Source: Lama guanicoe (lineage: Eukaryota). From it: 64,000 nt of DNA. This document shows positions 1-13,503 of the stretch, piece by piece (the first letter of the stretch is position 1; each line of letters starts with the position of its first letter). The notes below the pieces were generated by a model. It was not told the DNA's origin and made no database searches. It was given only the letters and a program-made list of their open reading frames with translations. The translations under genes were made by a program, and so were the position numbers. Where the stretch lies: positions 7,957,352 to 8,021,351 of the forward strand of contig MU053934.1 of NCBI GenBank assembly GCA_013239625.1, in the 5' to 3' direction.

Positions 1-3000
1 TTGCAGGAATGAAGTCTGCTCCATGAAACAGTGTAACTGAACCACATTGTTCACTGGGTGGAGTACCCTGGTCTACTCCGGTGTCATTCACATTTCCCCT
101 TTGGGTACAGGCCTGGCAAGGACTCGCAGCGCCCATGGTGTCCTCGGGCCTGGCCGCTCCTTTTTTCACTCCCAGCAGCTTGTGCCAACAGCCCCCATCG
201 TGTAAGACCATCTGGAGGCTTGTGTTTGTGCCAGAAGCCAAACTATTCCAGTTCCTCAGTGGTGGTGACCCTCACCCTCTTCTAAAGGATAAGATCACTC
301 ATGGCTGGGAGAAGAATATAGCAATTTAGTAAAATTTACTTGTTACACTTTTTACATTGAAAGAGAAAAGGTGCAGATCTGAGCCCTAGGAAGGCCTGAC
401 CATCCAACATCAACTGGTACAAAAAGAGACAGCGATTGCAGAGGTCAGGGAAACAGCCCAAGGGAAGAGGGACTCTGATGACGCCCTGAGGTGGAGGTGG
501 GGCCAGGCGTGGATCTTTAGAGCCCAGTCCGGGGCGGCCTTGGCTGAGGCCATGAAGGACCACATGGGGGCAGGGTGGGTGGAGGGAGTGCAGTTATTAC
601 CTGAAGGTTGTGAAAGGCTGTGGGGCAAACACATGACGCCAATAAGCCATATGGCCCAGGCCGTTGGCAGAAAGGGAGGAGGAGAAGAAGGCAGTAAAAC
701 TCAGTGGCAGGCAGAGCCTGTTTCCCCCCTTCCCACAGCCCCTGCCTCCATCCTGACTGTGGCACCTGGCCCCTGATGGGCCGGGATCTTCCAAGAGCAT
801 TTCATCCCAGATGCAAGACCCAGATTTGACGAGTTGACACCAGCCTACTTGGGCTCTGGAGTGGACTCTGCCGCTGAGGCTTGGGGCAAGTCACTGCCTC
901 TCTCTGGACCTCAGTTCCCCTACCTGTGAGTCGGGGAAATTGAACTATGTCATAGACCCCAACCGTTTTGAGAACGAGGCTCTCACTTCACAGCTGCACC
1001 TGGAGATTCACCTCACAGTTGTCATTTTAGCCTCCACTGATGGAGAAAATACTGCGACCAAGAGCTGCTGTGAATTCAGTAACACTTTGGAAAAATAAGC
1101 AGTTTATTGGTCACGGCAAATACTGAAAAATGCTGGTCCCTGTGGGTGCAAAGCAATCTATTTACCTTCTACGCGGGGCCCAGCACCTCCAACACCTCCC
1201 TTCCACGTGGCAGCGCCCAGCGCAGAGCCTGCGCATAGCAGGTGCTTGTGAATGGGCAGGTTGTCCCAGTGGAGTCCAGAGGCAGCAGGGCCGTGGGCCC
1301 CGCTGGCAGGCCTGTCTGTGGGTCCAGCTCCTGCGAGGTGAGCACTGGGGTCAGAGAGCGCAGCCAAGGCCTACTTTAAGGAGTCCAGGAGAATAATTTC
1401 CACGGAATATTTATAAAAAGACTTCAGGCCACCAGCTCTGAGGCTCTGCCCATGAGACAAATGAGACGTGGGAGGCCGGCAGGGCAGAGTGACAGACAGA
1501 CCCAGACAGAGGCTCACTGAGAAGGGGGTGGGGGCTGGGATGGCACCCAAGGCCTCCTTCAGGACACAGGATCCAACTTCCTTACTGTCCCCAGGGGCAG
1601 ACCAAGGGTGGAAGGTCCCCATCCGGTGCCTTTCCAGGGCTGGTGCCGAGCAGAGGCCTCCCCAGGCAGCCCCGCAGTCCTGTGAAGCAGAACTGTTATC
1701 CCTTCTTCACAGATGAAGGGACGGGAGCCCAGAGATGCCAGGGGGCTTGCCTGAGCCACACAGCCGGCTAGGGCCAAGCTGAGGCAGGGTACTGGGCCTC
1801 CAGGCCCGTGTTGTCTCAGTCCTTCAAGGGAAGAGGGGGCCTACGCTTCACAGTGTCACCAAGACTCGCCCGCAGAAGCAGAGATCCCAGCCCCAGGGGT
1901 GAACCCTGTTCACGTGTCAGCCTCAGCGTAGCAAGGTGCACTGTCCAGGTGAGCGAGGCGAGCCCATCATGGCGGCCCTGGGATCCGAAGGGCTTCTGAG
2001 GGCTGTGACAGAGCTTCAGCCTTCGCTCCCACCCCCAGGACCTGGCCCACTCCCAGGGCACCAGGTGCAGCTGCTTCTTTTGGTCACGTAGCCGGGACAC
2101 TAACCTGACTCCTGTGACCCAGACCCAGCCTTAAGGAGGGGCCAGGAGCTGCCATCTGACCTGCTATCCCAAGACAGATAAAGAGGGCCTCTGGTCCCAT
2201 GAACCCACTGACACAGGAGCTGGGGCCCTGGGAGGACACTGACTGCCCAAGGCCAGTCTTCCTCCCTCCCTTTATCTATTGTGTCATCTTGATCCAAAAA
2301 GGGCTTCAGAGGATTTATAAAATACTTCTTGACATGATTTTTTTTTTTTAATGAGAAAAAAACTGGGGATGAGGGGAAGTCCTGGAGGTAAGACTGAGGT
2401 CAATGATGAGATGCAGCAGAAGGGGGCATCTGCACTGGTCCTGAGACAATGTCCAGGAGGGTGTTTTAGGTGGGATCTCAAACGCAAAACCCAGAGATGT
2501 GACCACTGAGTGGCTGCAGTTTCTTGGGGAAGCCCAGGCAGGCCCAGAGCCAGCGCCCTTCCCCTGCACCCTGCCCTTCCATCGCTGTGTTCATCCCTGA
2601 AAGGGGGCCAGTCAGGGAAGACTGCCTGGAGGAGGAGTTTGGTCAGGGCTTTGAAGGGAGGGAGGATTGGGGGAGGCTGAGATTCAAGCAGGGTGCTCTA
2701 GAGCAAAGGAACTGAGGTGGGAAAGCATAGGGTGTTTCCGGGACTCAGTGAAGGGACCCACTGGAGGGAAGAGAGGGTGTGGATGGGAGGGGTTTAAGAT
2801 GAGGCTGGTGAGGTAGGTGGGGCTCTGGTGGGGTGGACCAGGCCAGGCAGGGGTCTGAGCAGGGACCATGGGCATCAGCAGCTGGGCCCAGGCCCCGTCA
2901 GAACAGATGGGAGTCAGGGCACAGGGCTCCTGGCCCCACCCAGCCTGCCCTGCCCAATGCACATGTCTGCCCTTTGGGACCCAGGGCCCAAGGCTCCAGA

Positions 3001-4729
3001 AAGGAAAGCAGAAAGGAGTCTTCTGCAGTCAAAGGGTAGGGCTCAGCCTTCTGGTTCCAGCCCCCTGACCTTGAACTGGGCTGCGACCACTGGGCTCAGC
3101 AGGGCTGCAGAGTCACTGCCCTCTGTGAGCTTGTTTCTGCATCTAGGGAAAGGGAATAGCAATGCTGCCTCCACCTGGCAAGCGTTCTGCAGAAGGTGAG
3201 TGTTTGTGAGGGATGGTGACTGGGCTAGGGTCACCATCATCACCTGTCTCTCCCTGTGGTGGTTGGGACGTACCAGAGGGAGCCTGACTTAGGAGGGCCT
3301 TCAAGGTTCTGGAGGAAGAAGGGGCAGCACAGAGCACTCCCAACTCACCAGCCATCAAGGTCAACAGCCACCTGCTTGTAAAGAGTAAGTGTGGCTGAAG
3401 CAGGACCACTTCTGTGGGCTGGGGCAGGGTGGCCAGCCGTTCGGGGGTGAAAGGGGTGGGTGGGCAGAGCCGGTTAGTGGGCAGCCCAGATCGCCGGGAA
3501 AGCCCCCCAGAGAGGGCGACTGAGAGCCCTGTCTGTGCGCCCTGCCAGGTGACCTGTCCCACGCAGCCAGTTGCCCACCCAGCTCCTGCTCAGTGGGCCG
3601 CAGGATGGGCCAGCCGGGGGCAAACATGTGTCTCCAGGGCAGCACCAGGCAAAGTGAAACACCCCGTGTCATCACGCAGTCTTCTTCCCGCCTCTCTCCC
3701 CGAGGGGGCCGCCCTCTGCCAGCCCTTGACACAACCACCCCAACTCTCCAGGCTATGCACCTGCAGCTCGGAACTTTCCATCACCTAGAGCAATCCCCCC
3801 TCCCCCCACACTCCACTCCCCCTCACCCTCTCCTGGAGCCAGGCCAGAAACCCAGCACCACTGGGCCTCCCCTGTGGCCCCACCGGCTCACGCCTCTTCT
3901 CACCGAGCCCTCTGCTGCGGTCTCCTCAAACATCTCACCTCTTCCCTCCTCCCCTGGTGCCCGGCAGGCCCAGCCTCATCTCCTCTCACCCCATCCCCTG
4001 AGGCTGCCTCCCACTGCCCCTCAGCCCCGTCCCTCCCATGCACACTGCAAGGTGGCTCACAAACCTTCCCCAGACTCCCTGCCTTCCTACTCACACAGGT
4101 GTAAATCTGGCCTTGCAGCAGCGGAGCTGATGGGAGCCTGTGGCGACACACCTGAGCTGGGTCCCAGCTCACGCCTCCCAGGCTGGGCCACCTTAGGCAA
4201 GTCACTTCCCCTCTCTGAGCCTGTTTCCTCACCAGGTAGGGTGACGCCTACGTGCATCACTGCCGGCAGACAATGGGCCTTCCAAATTATGAGAAGGAAC
4301 ACATACATGCAAAACAAGGAACAACTCAGTTCATAGAGGTAAAGATGAACAAAGAAGCACCACAAATGAAAAGGAGATATTGAAGAACACTGGAGGGGGT
4401 GGAGAGGGTGAATTAAAGGAACAGATCACATGGGGCCCAGGCAGCTGGGCCGCGGGGCCTGGGGTGCTAGGGGAGCCTGCTCACTCTCCCATCAGCCATC
4501 ATATTCCCACGAGGACGTGACAACACAGACAGCAGGGGTGCCCCCGAGGGAGCCACTGTCCAGATGTTGGAGGAGACCTTCAAAAAATGTGACTGCCAGT
4601 TGACCTGCGAGCTGGACCCGGGCAGCTGGAGGCTCCACCCTGCTTCCTGTCCTAGGATGTGCGTACAGCTTGTCCTCACTGCTTCCAGAAGCTGCTCCAA
4701 GGATACAGTCTTCTTTTTTTTCCACTTTA

Positions 4730-5690
4730 AAAAAATTGAGGTATACCTAATTTACACTATTATGTAAGTTTCAGGTGCACAACATAGTGAGTCACATGAT
4801 CTGTTTATACATTTTGGATATTAACCCCTTATCAGTCATATCACTTACAAATTTTTTTCCCATTCAGTAGGTTGTCTTTTCATTTTGTCTATGGTTTCCT
4901 TTCATATGTGAAAGCTTTTAAGTTTAATTAGGTCCCATTAGTGTATTTTTGCTTTTATTTCCTTTGCCTGAGGAGACAGATCAAAAAAATACTGCTACAA
5001 TTTACGTCAGAGTGTTCCACCTGTGTTCCCTTCTAGGAGTTTTATGGTTTCCAGTCTTACACTTAGGGCCTTAATCCCTTTTGAGTTTATTTTTGTATAC
5101 AGTGTTAGAAAATGTTCTAATTTCATTCTGTTACATGTAGCTGTCCAGTTTTTCCAGCACCACATATTGAAGAGACTGTTTTTCTGTTGTATATTCTTGC
5201 CACCTTTGTCATAGATTAATTGATCATAAGTGCATGGGTTTATTTCTGAGCTCTATTCTATTCCACTGATCTATGTGCCTCTTTTTGTGCATGTACCATA
5301 ATGTTTTTTAAAATTGAGGTGTAGTTCATATACAATCTTATATAAGTTACATGTGTGCAATATAATGAGTCACAATTTTCAAAGATTATACTCCATTTAT
5401 AGTTATTATAATATGTTGGCTATATTCCCCATGTTGTACAATATATCCTTGCAGCTTAGTACCATACTGTTTTGATGATCATAGCTTGGTAGTATAGTCT
5501 GAAGTCAGGGCGTGTGATCCCTCCAGCTCTGTTTTTCTTTCTCAAGATTGTTTTGGCTATTTGGGGGGGTTTTGTGTTTCCATACACATTTTAAAATTAT
5601 TTGTTCTGTGAAACATACTTGTATAGTTCTGTGGAAAATGCCAGTGGTATTTCAATGGCATTGAATCCATAAATTACCTTGGGTTCCAGG
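4730..5690 (-). mobile_element. LINE-1 fragment (antisense ORF2 3' region) with a nested younger L1 3'-end insertion at ~5308-5458
   Basis: Typical antisense L1 text (ttttggatattaaccccttatcag; ccagtttttccagcaccacatattgaagagac; gtagtatagtctgaagtcaggg); the nested piece is flanked by gtaccata(a/c)tgtttt duplications. Confidence 0.85.
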
Positions 5691-8600
5691 CATATGGCCT
5701 TGAATTAGAAATGTGGTGCTGATGGTGTTGGACTACCCAGACTGGAGACGTGACTGAGTCCAGTTAAGGCCCCCCTACAAACTTTGAAGATGCTGGTGGG
5801 TGCATGAAGAAATCTACTTGTCTTGCAACTGCCCAAGACAAGTCTGACAAGTAAGGGCCCTTGTTTATTAAACCTGCCACCAACCAACGTGGAGTGGCTC
5901 ACCCCTTTCTTTGGTCTCTCCCTGCCCCCCAAGTTGGGGTCCAGTTTCAGATTACACCCAAGGATGCTGGGAAGCAATAGCACCCCTCCCTCGGCCATCC
6001 AGAGCAGCTGACACGCTTAACCTATGGAGAGCAGCAGGTGCAGGTGTCATGATCACACTTGTCCCTCCACAAGGGTGTTGTGGGGACTGGCTTTGAGGGT
6101 TATAAACACAGAGAATCTCATAAACATTTGGGGAAATGGACCATCCTCTAAATCAAGCAGGTGGCAGTTTGGGCATCAAGATCCAGATCTTAATGTAAGT
6201 GTGATCCCCACTGGATGTGGCTTCTGTGTGGAAGAATAAGAGCAGTGTAACCAGAGGCTGGGACTGGTGCAGTAGGCAGCAGAGACGGTGGTGGTAATGG
6301 GGCTGGGATTAAGAGGGTCACAGTGGAAGGCATTCAGAAGGGCAAAGGGGCAGAACCTGTGACTGAAGAGACTAGGAGTGAAAGAGACGGAGGAGCCTGG
6401 ACGACACCCAGCTTTCCGCTCTGGGTGACTGGGTGGACAGCGGTGCCCGGGGCTGAGATGGAGATTGGGAGACTGAGCAGGTTTGGGGGCAGGTGATGAA
6501 CTCAGCTTCAGACATGTCTCTGGGGTCCGGAAAACATCTAAACTGGGCTCCTCATTTCCAGCTGAGGCAGGTGAGACCCAGACAGTGACAAGCTCCACCC
6601 CACACAGCAAGGCGCTGGCTGCACCAGGGAGTTTCCTGCCCAACTTCCTCACTATCTTTGAAAGGTCTCATGAGCAGAACAGAGTGTGGCTTCTATAAAC
6701 AGAGCCTGGCTTCCCTAACCTGCTCCCAGAAGCTGCCCTATCAGGACAGAAGTGTGGCTCACGGCTGCAGCCAGGTGACGGTGCATGAGGCCCATGGTAC
6801 CAACCTCTCCACTTGGGTCCATACTTGAGCATTTCCATATGAAGAAGTTCCATCCGGACATCTCTTGTGCATGAGCAAATGTCCTGTTACTTACTCAGTG
6901 AATCCTGTAGTTGCTGCTCTGAGGTCGGATTCTTCACTTCTTGGGCTCTCCGAGCTGCCTTGGGAAGGCTGGGGCAGCAGCATCCTTGCCTCCGAGACTG
7001 TGGGCCTGGGGGCTCACACTGTCCTGAACTGGCCCACCAGCCTGGTGGCAAGCAACCCCCAGCTATCTGTAGAATGGGCCCCAGCTCGGGGGCAATCAGA
7101 GGCCATGGCTGACTCTGGCCCCTGGTGGGGAACCAGACCACATCAGACGAATCCCAGGACCTCCTCATCCCACAGGCATAGCTGTGCAGGGCCCTGGAGA
7201 AGCTCTGCCTGAAACCCCAGAGGACCCTGAGAACCTCTAGGGAATGGCTCGTGTTCAAGTTCCCTTACCGTCACCCCCATGGTCACTTTGCCTTGCTTGC
7301 ACATCTCTGTTAATGGGGGACTTACTGCTCATAAGGGATCCCTCTTTCCCGAGAGAGATATAACTATGAGAGTCTACCTACCCACACCTTCTGCTGCTGG
7401 TTCCAGCTTAGCCCTCCGAGGTCCCAGAACAGACTCACTCCCTCTGTCTGGAGCAACCATGCAGGGACAGGTACCCAGGACCTCAAACAGGTCCTCATAC
7501 CCCTGTGACTCAGCCCATGTCCGGGTGAGTCTTCTGAACTTATTCCAGGTGGCCAGAACCCCTCTAAGATGCAAGACCCAGCATGGAAAATCCTACTCCT
7601 GGGATAGCCATGGTGCTGAGTTTCACCTCCTTCATTATGGACACTCTGCTTCTGTTAATGTGACCCAGGATCTCATTAGCCTTCTGGTAAACCTTATCAT
7701 ACTGATACCTCACAGGCAATTTCCAGCCATTTGAACACCAGATCTTTGTTATGAAGCCTGCTAGTGCACTGTGCCTGTTCCAGCCTTTTTTCCCCTCAAA
7801 GTCTAGAACAGTAAAGCCTAACAAAAACAGAATGCAAGCCTTATATGCTATTTTTATTTTTCTAGCCACATTAAAAAGTAAAAAGAAAAAGGTGAGATTA
7901 TTTTTAATAATGTATTTTATTTAACTCAATGTCTTAAATACTATCATTTCAACTTGTAATAAATATAAATAAGGATTACTAAGAGATTTTATCCTTTTTT
8001 TCCTAAACCTTCTAAACCTTTTGCTATGAAGACATATCTCGATTAGGATATTACATTTTCAACAAAACGTAATCCTATCAAAACGATAAAGCTGTACTTA
8101 ATGAGACCATATCTCATACTGCTTTGGTGTGTAAATTGAGATTTTAGTGACTGAAAATAAAATAAATTCAGTTCTTCTGGTGCCTTAACCATATTTTAAT
8201 GCCCAGTAGCACAGATGGCTAGTGTCGATCAAATCGGATAGTCAAGAAAGAAAGAAATTGACATCTGGCATGTAGTGCTTCCCAGACCCCTGGTGTCTCC
8301 GAGAGGAGTGAGTGGGTGGCTACCCCAGGGAGCACCCCCATCCAGTGGGGAAGACACATATTCAGGAATGATGGGCTAAAGCCAGGATGAGGCAGGCTGT
8401 GATGGCCAGTGTGAGCTCAGATGGGTGGAGTTCAGCGGCCAGCGGTTCCATGGGGACACACTCAAGAGACTTTAGAAAAAAGGCAACATTCGAGCTGGGT
8501 CTTGGAGACTGAAAGAGGATTCACCAGGTAGGGATGAGAAGACAAGCATCTAGGAAGGAGCAGAGCCATGGCCCTGGGGCAGAGAGGAGTAGGGAGGGGC

Positions 8601-10519
8601 TGGGATCCAGCCAGGCAGGTGTGGGCAGGGTGGGGACAGGAGTTCTGGGGATCAGGTGAGCTTCTTTGTAATTTGTGCTTCAGGAATTGTGTTTTGTAAA
8701 CCTTGGGGTGGCTGTCTGAGATCTCCTGGAGATAGGCACCCGAGGGCAGTCTTGCACAGAAGCACATCCAAGAAAAATTCAGGTTTGCCCCCACAGACCA
8801 CTGGAGGCTGGTCCCCACATCCCATCAACTGTCCGTTCTCTTGGTGCCATCTTTTGCTCTCCAGCCCAGCCACCCTCCCTGCAGTGTCCACTGCTGTCAG
8901 AGCCCCAAGTTGGTCTGCCCCCGCCCTCCCCCATTTCTTCAGTCAATTATTTGAGGAATGACCTTTATCACTGATGTTTTTCCAAGGTCTTGGCAGAGGT
9001 CAGGAGTCCTTTGAAAGTTAGCTCTACCTGTTTCCCACAGTCTCCAACTTTTCCTCCTGCTTTTAAGAAATAAGCTCATCTGGTGTATTCTCATGTGATG
9101 CCACCCAGATGCAGATGCCAATCCAGCCTGGTCCCGACTTCCCTGAGGGACCCAGAGAGCCCTCCCCCTGCTCCCCGCCTCCTGCGAGTTTATGTCAGGC
9201 CACAAACGAGTTGGTCACGTCTGCAGCTCCTGTCCAGCTGGCCTCTCTGGGTAACAGTGCAGGCCAGCCCATCTCAGGGCTGTTGCTAGAGGCAGAGTCA
9301 AGCCAGAAATTCCACCCCAGCCACCTCATGTCACCTGAGGCTCTTGAAATGGGGCAGCTGTTTGTGTCCTGGTGTCTCTGATGACCTCATCCGTCACGTC
9401 TGTGCCCTGCCAACTGGGTCAACCCAGGTGCTTCTGTTTCCAGCCAGTGATCTTTTCTTCCAGAAGGGGGCCAGCCGCTCCTGCTCAGCTGGGCCCCTTG
9501 TGCAAGCCGGGCTCTGCAGGCCTGCCTCACTCCCAGGGGCCGCCGGTCAGCACCACAGCATTCAGAGCAGCGTCCGGAGTTACTTGAGTTTGCAGTTGGC
9601 CTGGATCCTTCTCCGAGTTTTTGAAAGTGGGGCATGGGTTCCTAAGGCTGGCTTCGGTGCCTCCTTGCCCTGCTGCTCTCCTCAAAGTTTCTTTCCAGGG
9701 GAACCTGTTTCCTTCATCACAAATGCCTCCAGGCCACTTTAGATATAAGAGGGTTTGGGTTCTTTTTTAAGTAAAGTAATGTGCATCGATCGACGCGGCA
9801 ACCCACGTTTCTGACGCACAAACTGCAGTCTTTTCAGTTCCGCCATCAGCTGTTCCGATTTTTAAAACTGGATTTCAAGCTGGGGTTGGGGGAGGACATC
9901 AGGAGCATCTGGGGTGCTACCCCACCCCCAACGCACAGAGTTTCTGAACTGTCTGCTCCCCACCCCCACCCCAGCTCTGCCCCTGTCGGCTGCAGACTGC
10001 TGATGGTCAGCCTAGTCCCCTGGCTGGTGAGGGGAGGGAGGAGGGCTGGGGAAAGGGCCCCAGAGAGAGGATGAAGGGTGGCCGTGGCTCGGCCCCAAAA
10101 CACAGGTCAGGGGTGTAGATGCAGTGTGACTGGCCCACAGCCCCAAGCTGGGTTTGAAGCACTCTGAGTTCCCTCCACCGTGGGTAGGCTGGATCTCGGC
10201 AGCCTTTCTGCACCCCTGGGGGAAAGATGGGGACACTGCCAGTTGACTCTCACTGTCCCTCAGTCTTAAGGGTGTCCATCGGCTGTCACACTGTTGCAGA
10301 CTGATGAACATGTACCGCTTAACAGATCTTTGGTGAGAAGCCGTTGTCTCAAAACTGCGTCTGCTGGTGCTTGGCTGGATCCACTAAAGATGAGTGGCCT
10401 CGCCGTGGACAGTCCGGAGTGCCTGGCGTGGGCCCTCCCCCAGTGGCTGTTTGGTGCTACCCAACCCCTGCCTGGGCCAGAGAAGGTAGGGGGCCCCATC
10501 ATCTCAGACGCACTTTGTT

Positions 10520-10770
10520 TATTTTATTACTTATTTTTATTGAAGTACAGTCCATTACAATGTGTCAATCTCTGGTATACAGCACAATGTCCCAGCCATG
10601 CATATGCGTACATATACTCATTTTCATATTTTTTCAATTAAAGGTTATTACAAGATATTGAACGTAGTTCCCTGTGCTATACAAAAGAAACTTTAAAAAA
10701 TCTATTTTTATATATAGTGGCTAACATTTGTAAATTTCAACTCCTAAATTATACCCCCACCCTTCACTTG
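10520..10770 (-). mobile_element. 5'-truncated LINE-1 3' end
   Basis: T-rich start followed by ttgaagtacagtccattacaatgtgtcaat...gttccctgtgctatac, a typical L1 3'UTR in antisense. Confidence 0.75.
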
Positions 10771-13039
10771 TCAATGTTCCCAGTGTGGAGGCCGCTGAGG
10801 CAGGGTGAGAACCGGAGCTGGTCAGTCATCCTTTGATGGGTCCCAGGGCTCTGAGCCTCTGAACCTCGGCCTTGTTGTTTCCGTTAAAAGAAGGATAATT
10901 AGGTCTCCTAATTAGAAACTCTCCCCTGATTTTCAAACACTGATACACCTGCCTCAGGCCCTTGCCCTGAGTAGGTGACCTGGGCTGCTACTTCAGAAAC
11001 CAAGCTCGCAGTCAGGGTCTCTCTCCCACTGCTCTGCGCTCTTTGATATCCAGAAAAGGGCAGCCCAGCCTTGCCCCGCTTCCCGCAGCTCCTGCGTCCC
11101 TGCTGAGCCCCCTCCCTGCCCTGCCCTGCTAATGACCGCGAGGTCATTAGCAAACCCCGCCCCCTCCATCCTCGGCTTCCGCCCCGCTGTCCCCACAGGG
11201 AGACGCTGCGCCCCACCTAGAGGCTGGGTTCCCTCCCTGCCGCAGCCTCCTGGCTCCTCACCTCTCTTCCAGCTCCTCTCCTCTCCTCCCCTCCCCTCTT
11301 CAAAGCCCACGTCGCTGTGACTCCCAGGCCGGCCTCGCCGTCCTGACCTGCCCCGGTTGCTGAGAACCACCCTGCGGGCCTCACGCCCTGGCTCAGCGCT
11401 TTGTCTCCGCCGGCTCCGGCTCCATCCCTGGGGACTGTGCACCCACATTCTAGCCTCTCAGTCCCAGGGGCTCCTCAGATGGCCTTGTCCTCCACCCCCT
11501 GCCCATGTCACACCCTCACCAGATCACCCCAGGACCCTATTACAATGCTCCCATCCCAGGACCCCCACCCGCTCCCCTGCGCCAGCGATGCTCCAGCCCC
11601 ACTGACACCCTAGACACTGACCCCACAGCCTTGCCTGACCCACAGCCCCTTTCAGGCCCTCATTTCCCTCCTTTCACAGGTTACTTTCTCTGGTCCACCT
11701 TAAAAGAAAAATTGAGGCATATTAAAAATGTTGAGGTTTTTTTTAGCAAGAATCAATTCGATTTGGGGGGAACCAGCAGGAAGTGGTAAGGAACGCTCCA
11801 ACAGGAGCTGGGAATAGACAGGAAGGCAAAGCCCAGCAAACAAGGACGATGCTCGACTGGCTGTGGCTTAAGCACTGGCCTTACCTGGGGAGCTGGTAGG
11901 GCTGCGCGTGATTGGCTGTCCTTTGGCTTCTACCTTGTCGCCTTGAGGCATTTACAGGCTTAGGCTGGGGTTTAGATTTGGCTGTTGAATCTAATCTGTG
12001 AGACTGCGGGCTGCCTTTCAGTGTGGGAGCTCAGGTCTCTGCCCTTCTCTGAGAAACTCATCTCCCTTACTCTTGCCCTTTATACACCATTCTTACAACC
12101 CGACACCCTCCTCCTTCAACCTCTCTCATCAGTGACCTGGTTCTTCCCAGAAACACAATGCCTTCTCGTGTTGACAACACTCATGCCTGTCCCCATCATG
12201 GTGGTCAGTGGCTGATTTCTTCCCACCTTGACTAAAGGCAATTGCTCCCTCGGCATCCTCCTCCCCTCACTGGATCCCTCCATCTTCTGCGCCATCCACG
12301 CCTCTCCTTGACCTGTCCCTGCTGCCCCAAATGCACTTGAACGCCAACCTCTTTAAAAAGCCCTCCCTTCACTGACGCCCACCTCTCCCTCCAACTTCTT
12401 CAGAGAGCTGATGCCTCTGGGGTCCTCATTCTTTCCCCACCCATCCTGCTGAGATTTTTGTCCCTCTCCCACCCCCACCCCCAAGATAGTCTTGTCTGCA
12501 CTGCCAAAGCCAGGCCGGGTACCTGCCCTCATCATCCTTCTCAAGGTGTCTAGGACACCAGCTCTCTCCTTCCTTCCCGGCACCTCCCCTTCCTCCCAGA
12601 CCTCTGAGTAGGGGCTGCCCCAGGCCCTGTCCTCCCTGTTTCTCTATTTACCCTCCTGGACATTCTCCTCTAGTCTTTAAATATCATCTCTACCCCAACG
12701 ACCCTCAAATCGTGTGCTCTGGCTTCTCCCCTGAGCTCCAGACCTGTCCATCAACTCTCTGACCTGACATTCACTCAGCGGTTCAGCAGCCTCTCCAGCT
12801 CAGCATGACCAAGGCAGAACCCCCATCTGTCTTCCCAAATCCTTCCCTGTCCCCTCTTTTCCTTCACACTCATCTCCAATCCACCAGTAAGTCCATTTTT
12901 CTCTACCTCCAAAGTAGTTCTCAAAGCCAGTCACATCTCTCCATCACCAACTAGTCCAGGCTGCTCCCCTCCTTGGTGCCTGTAGTGTCCCCCCAAGGCC
13001 TGCCTCCTCCCCCAGAGTCTCTTCTCCGCAAGCTGCCCA

Positions 13040-13449
13040 CAACCAGTTCATCATGGAGCCAGTCACCGCATCTCAGAAGAATGTTTAAAACATGCGAAAT
13101 GGAATTCACAGGACGACAAAGGGAACGACTTATTGCCAAATACAATTATCAAACTACATTTTAATTGTAATCCCGTAAGAGATATGCTTCTTTGTTCATA
13201 CCTTAAATGCGATCTAGCAGGGGGTCTCTTCAGACGCGATAATTTCAAAGTAACAAGCGCAACTATTATCTTGAGATCTTCAACTGTAATGTGATGTGGA
13301 AAGATCTGTGATTTCCATTGAGAACCAAGTCACAGGTACTTCTACTGCAGTTGTGTTCCCTCCACCCGTGTCTGAGGGCAATCCCACACTTCAGAAAGGT
13401 GGAGGTGGTGCCTGTAACGCTGTACTGCTTTCCCATCCAAGTTCACGAG
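13040..13449. mobile_element. hAT-Charlie family DNA transposon remnant (MER119/Charlie-like)
   Basis: Resembles recalled consensus motifs aagatctgtgatttc...aagtcacaggtact and cccatccaagttcac; family call is from memory. Confidence 0.55.
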
Positions 13450-13503
13450 CCGACTAAGCCGACTAAGCCGACTAAGCCGACTAAGCCGACTAAGCCTACT
13501 AAG
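13450..13503 (+). repeat. 9-bp tandem repeat (CCGACTAAG)x5 plus CCTACTAAG
   Basis: Read directly from the sequence. Confidence 0.95.

Noticed and set aside
3270..3390. Exon-like stretch (LRRAFKVLEEEGAAQS...) ending at a gtaagt donor
   Set aside because: There is an in-frame TGA just upstream, no good acceptor and no recognisable homology.
3593..4336. 247-aa + strand ORF
   Set aside because: Pro/Ser-rich low-complexity translation running through L2/MIR-like remnants, with no domain.
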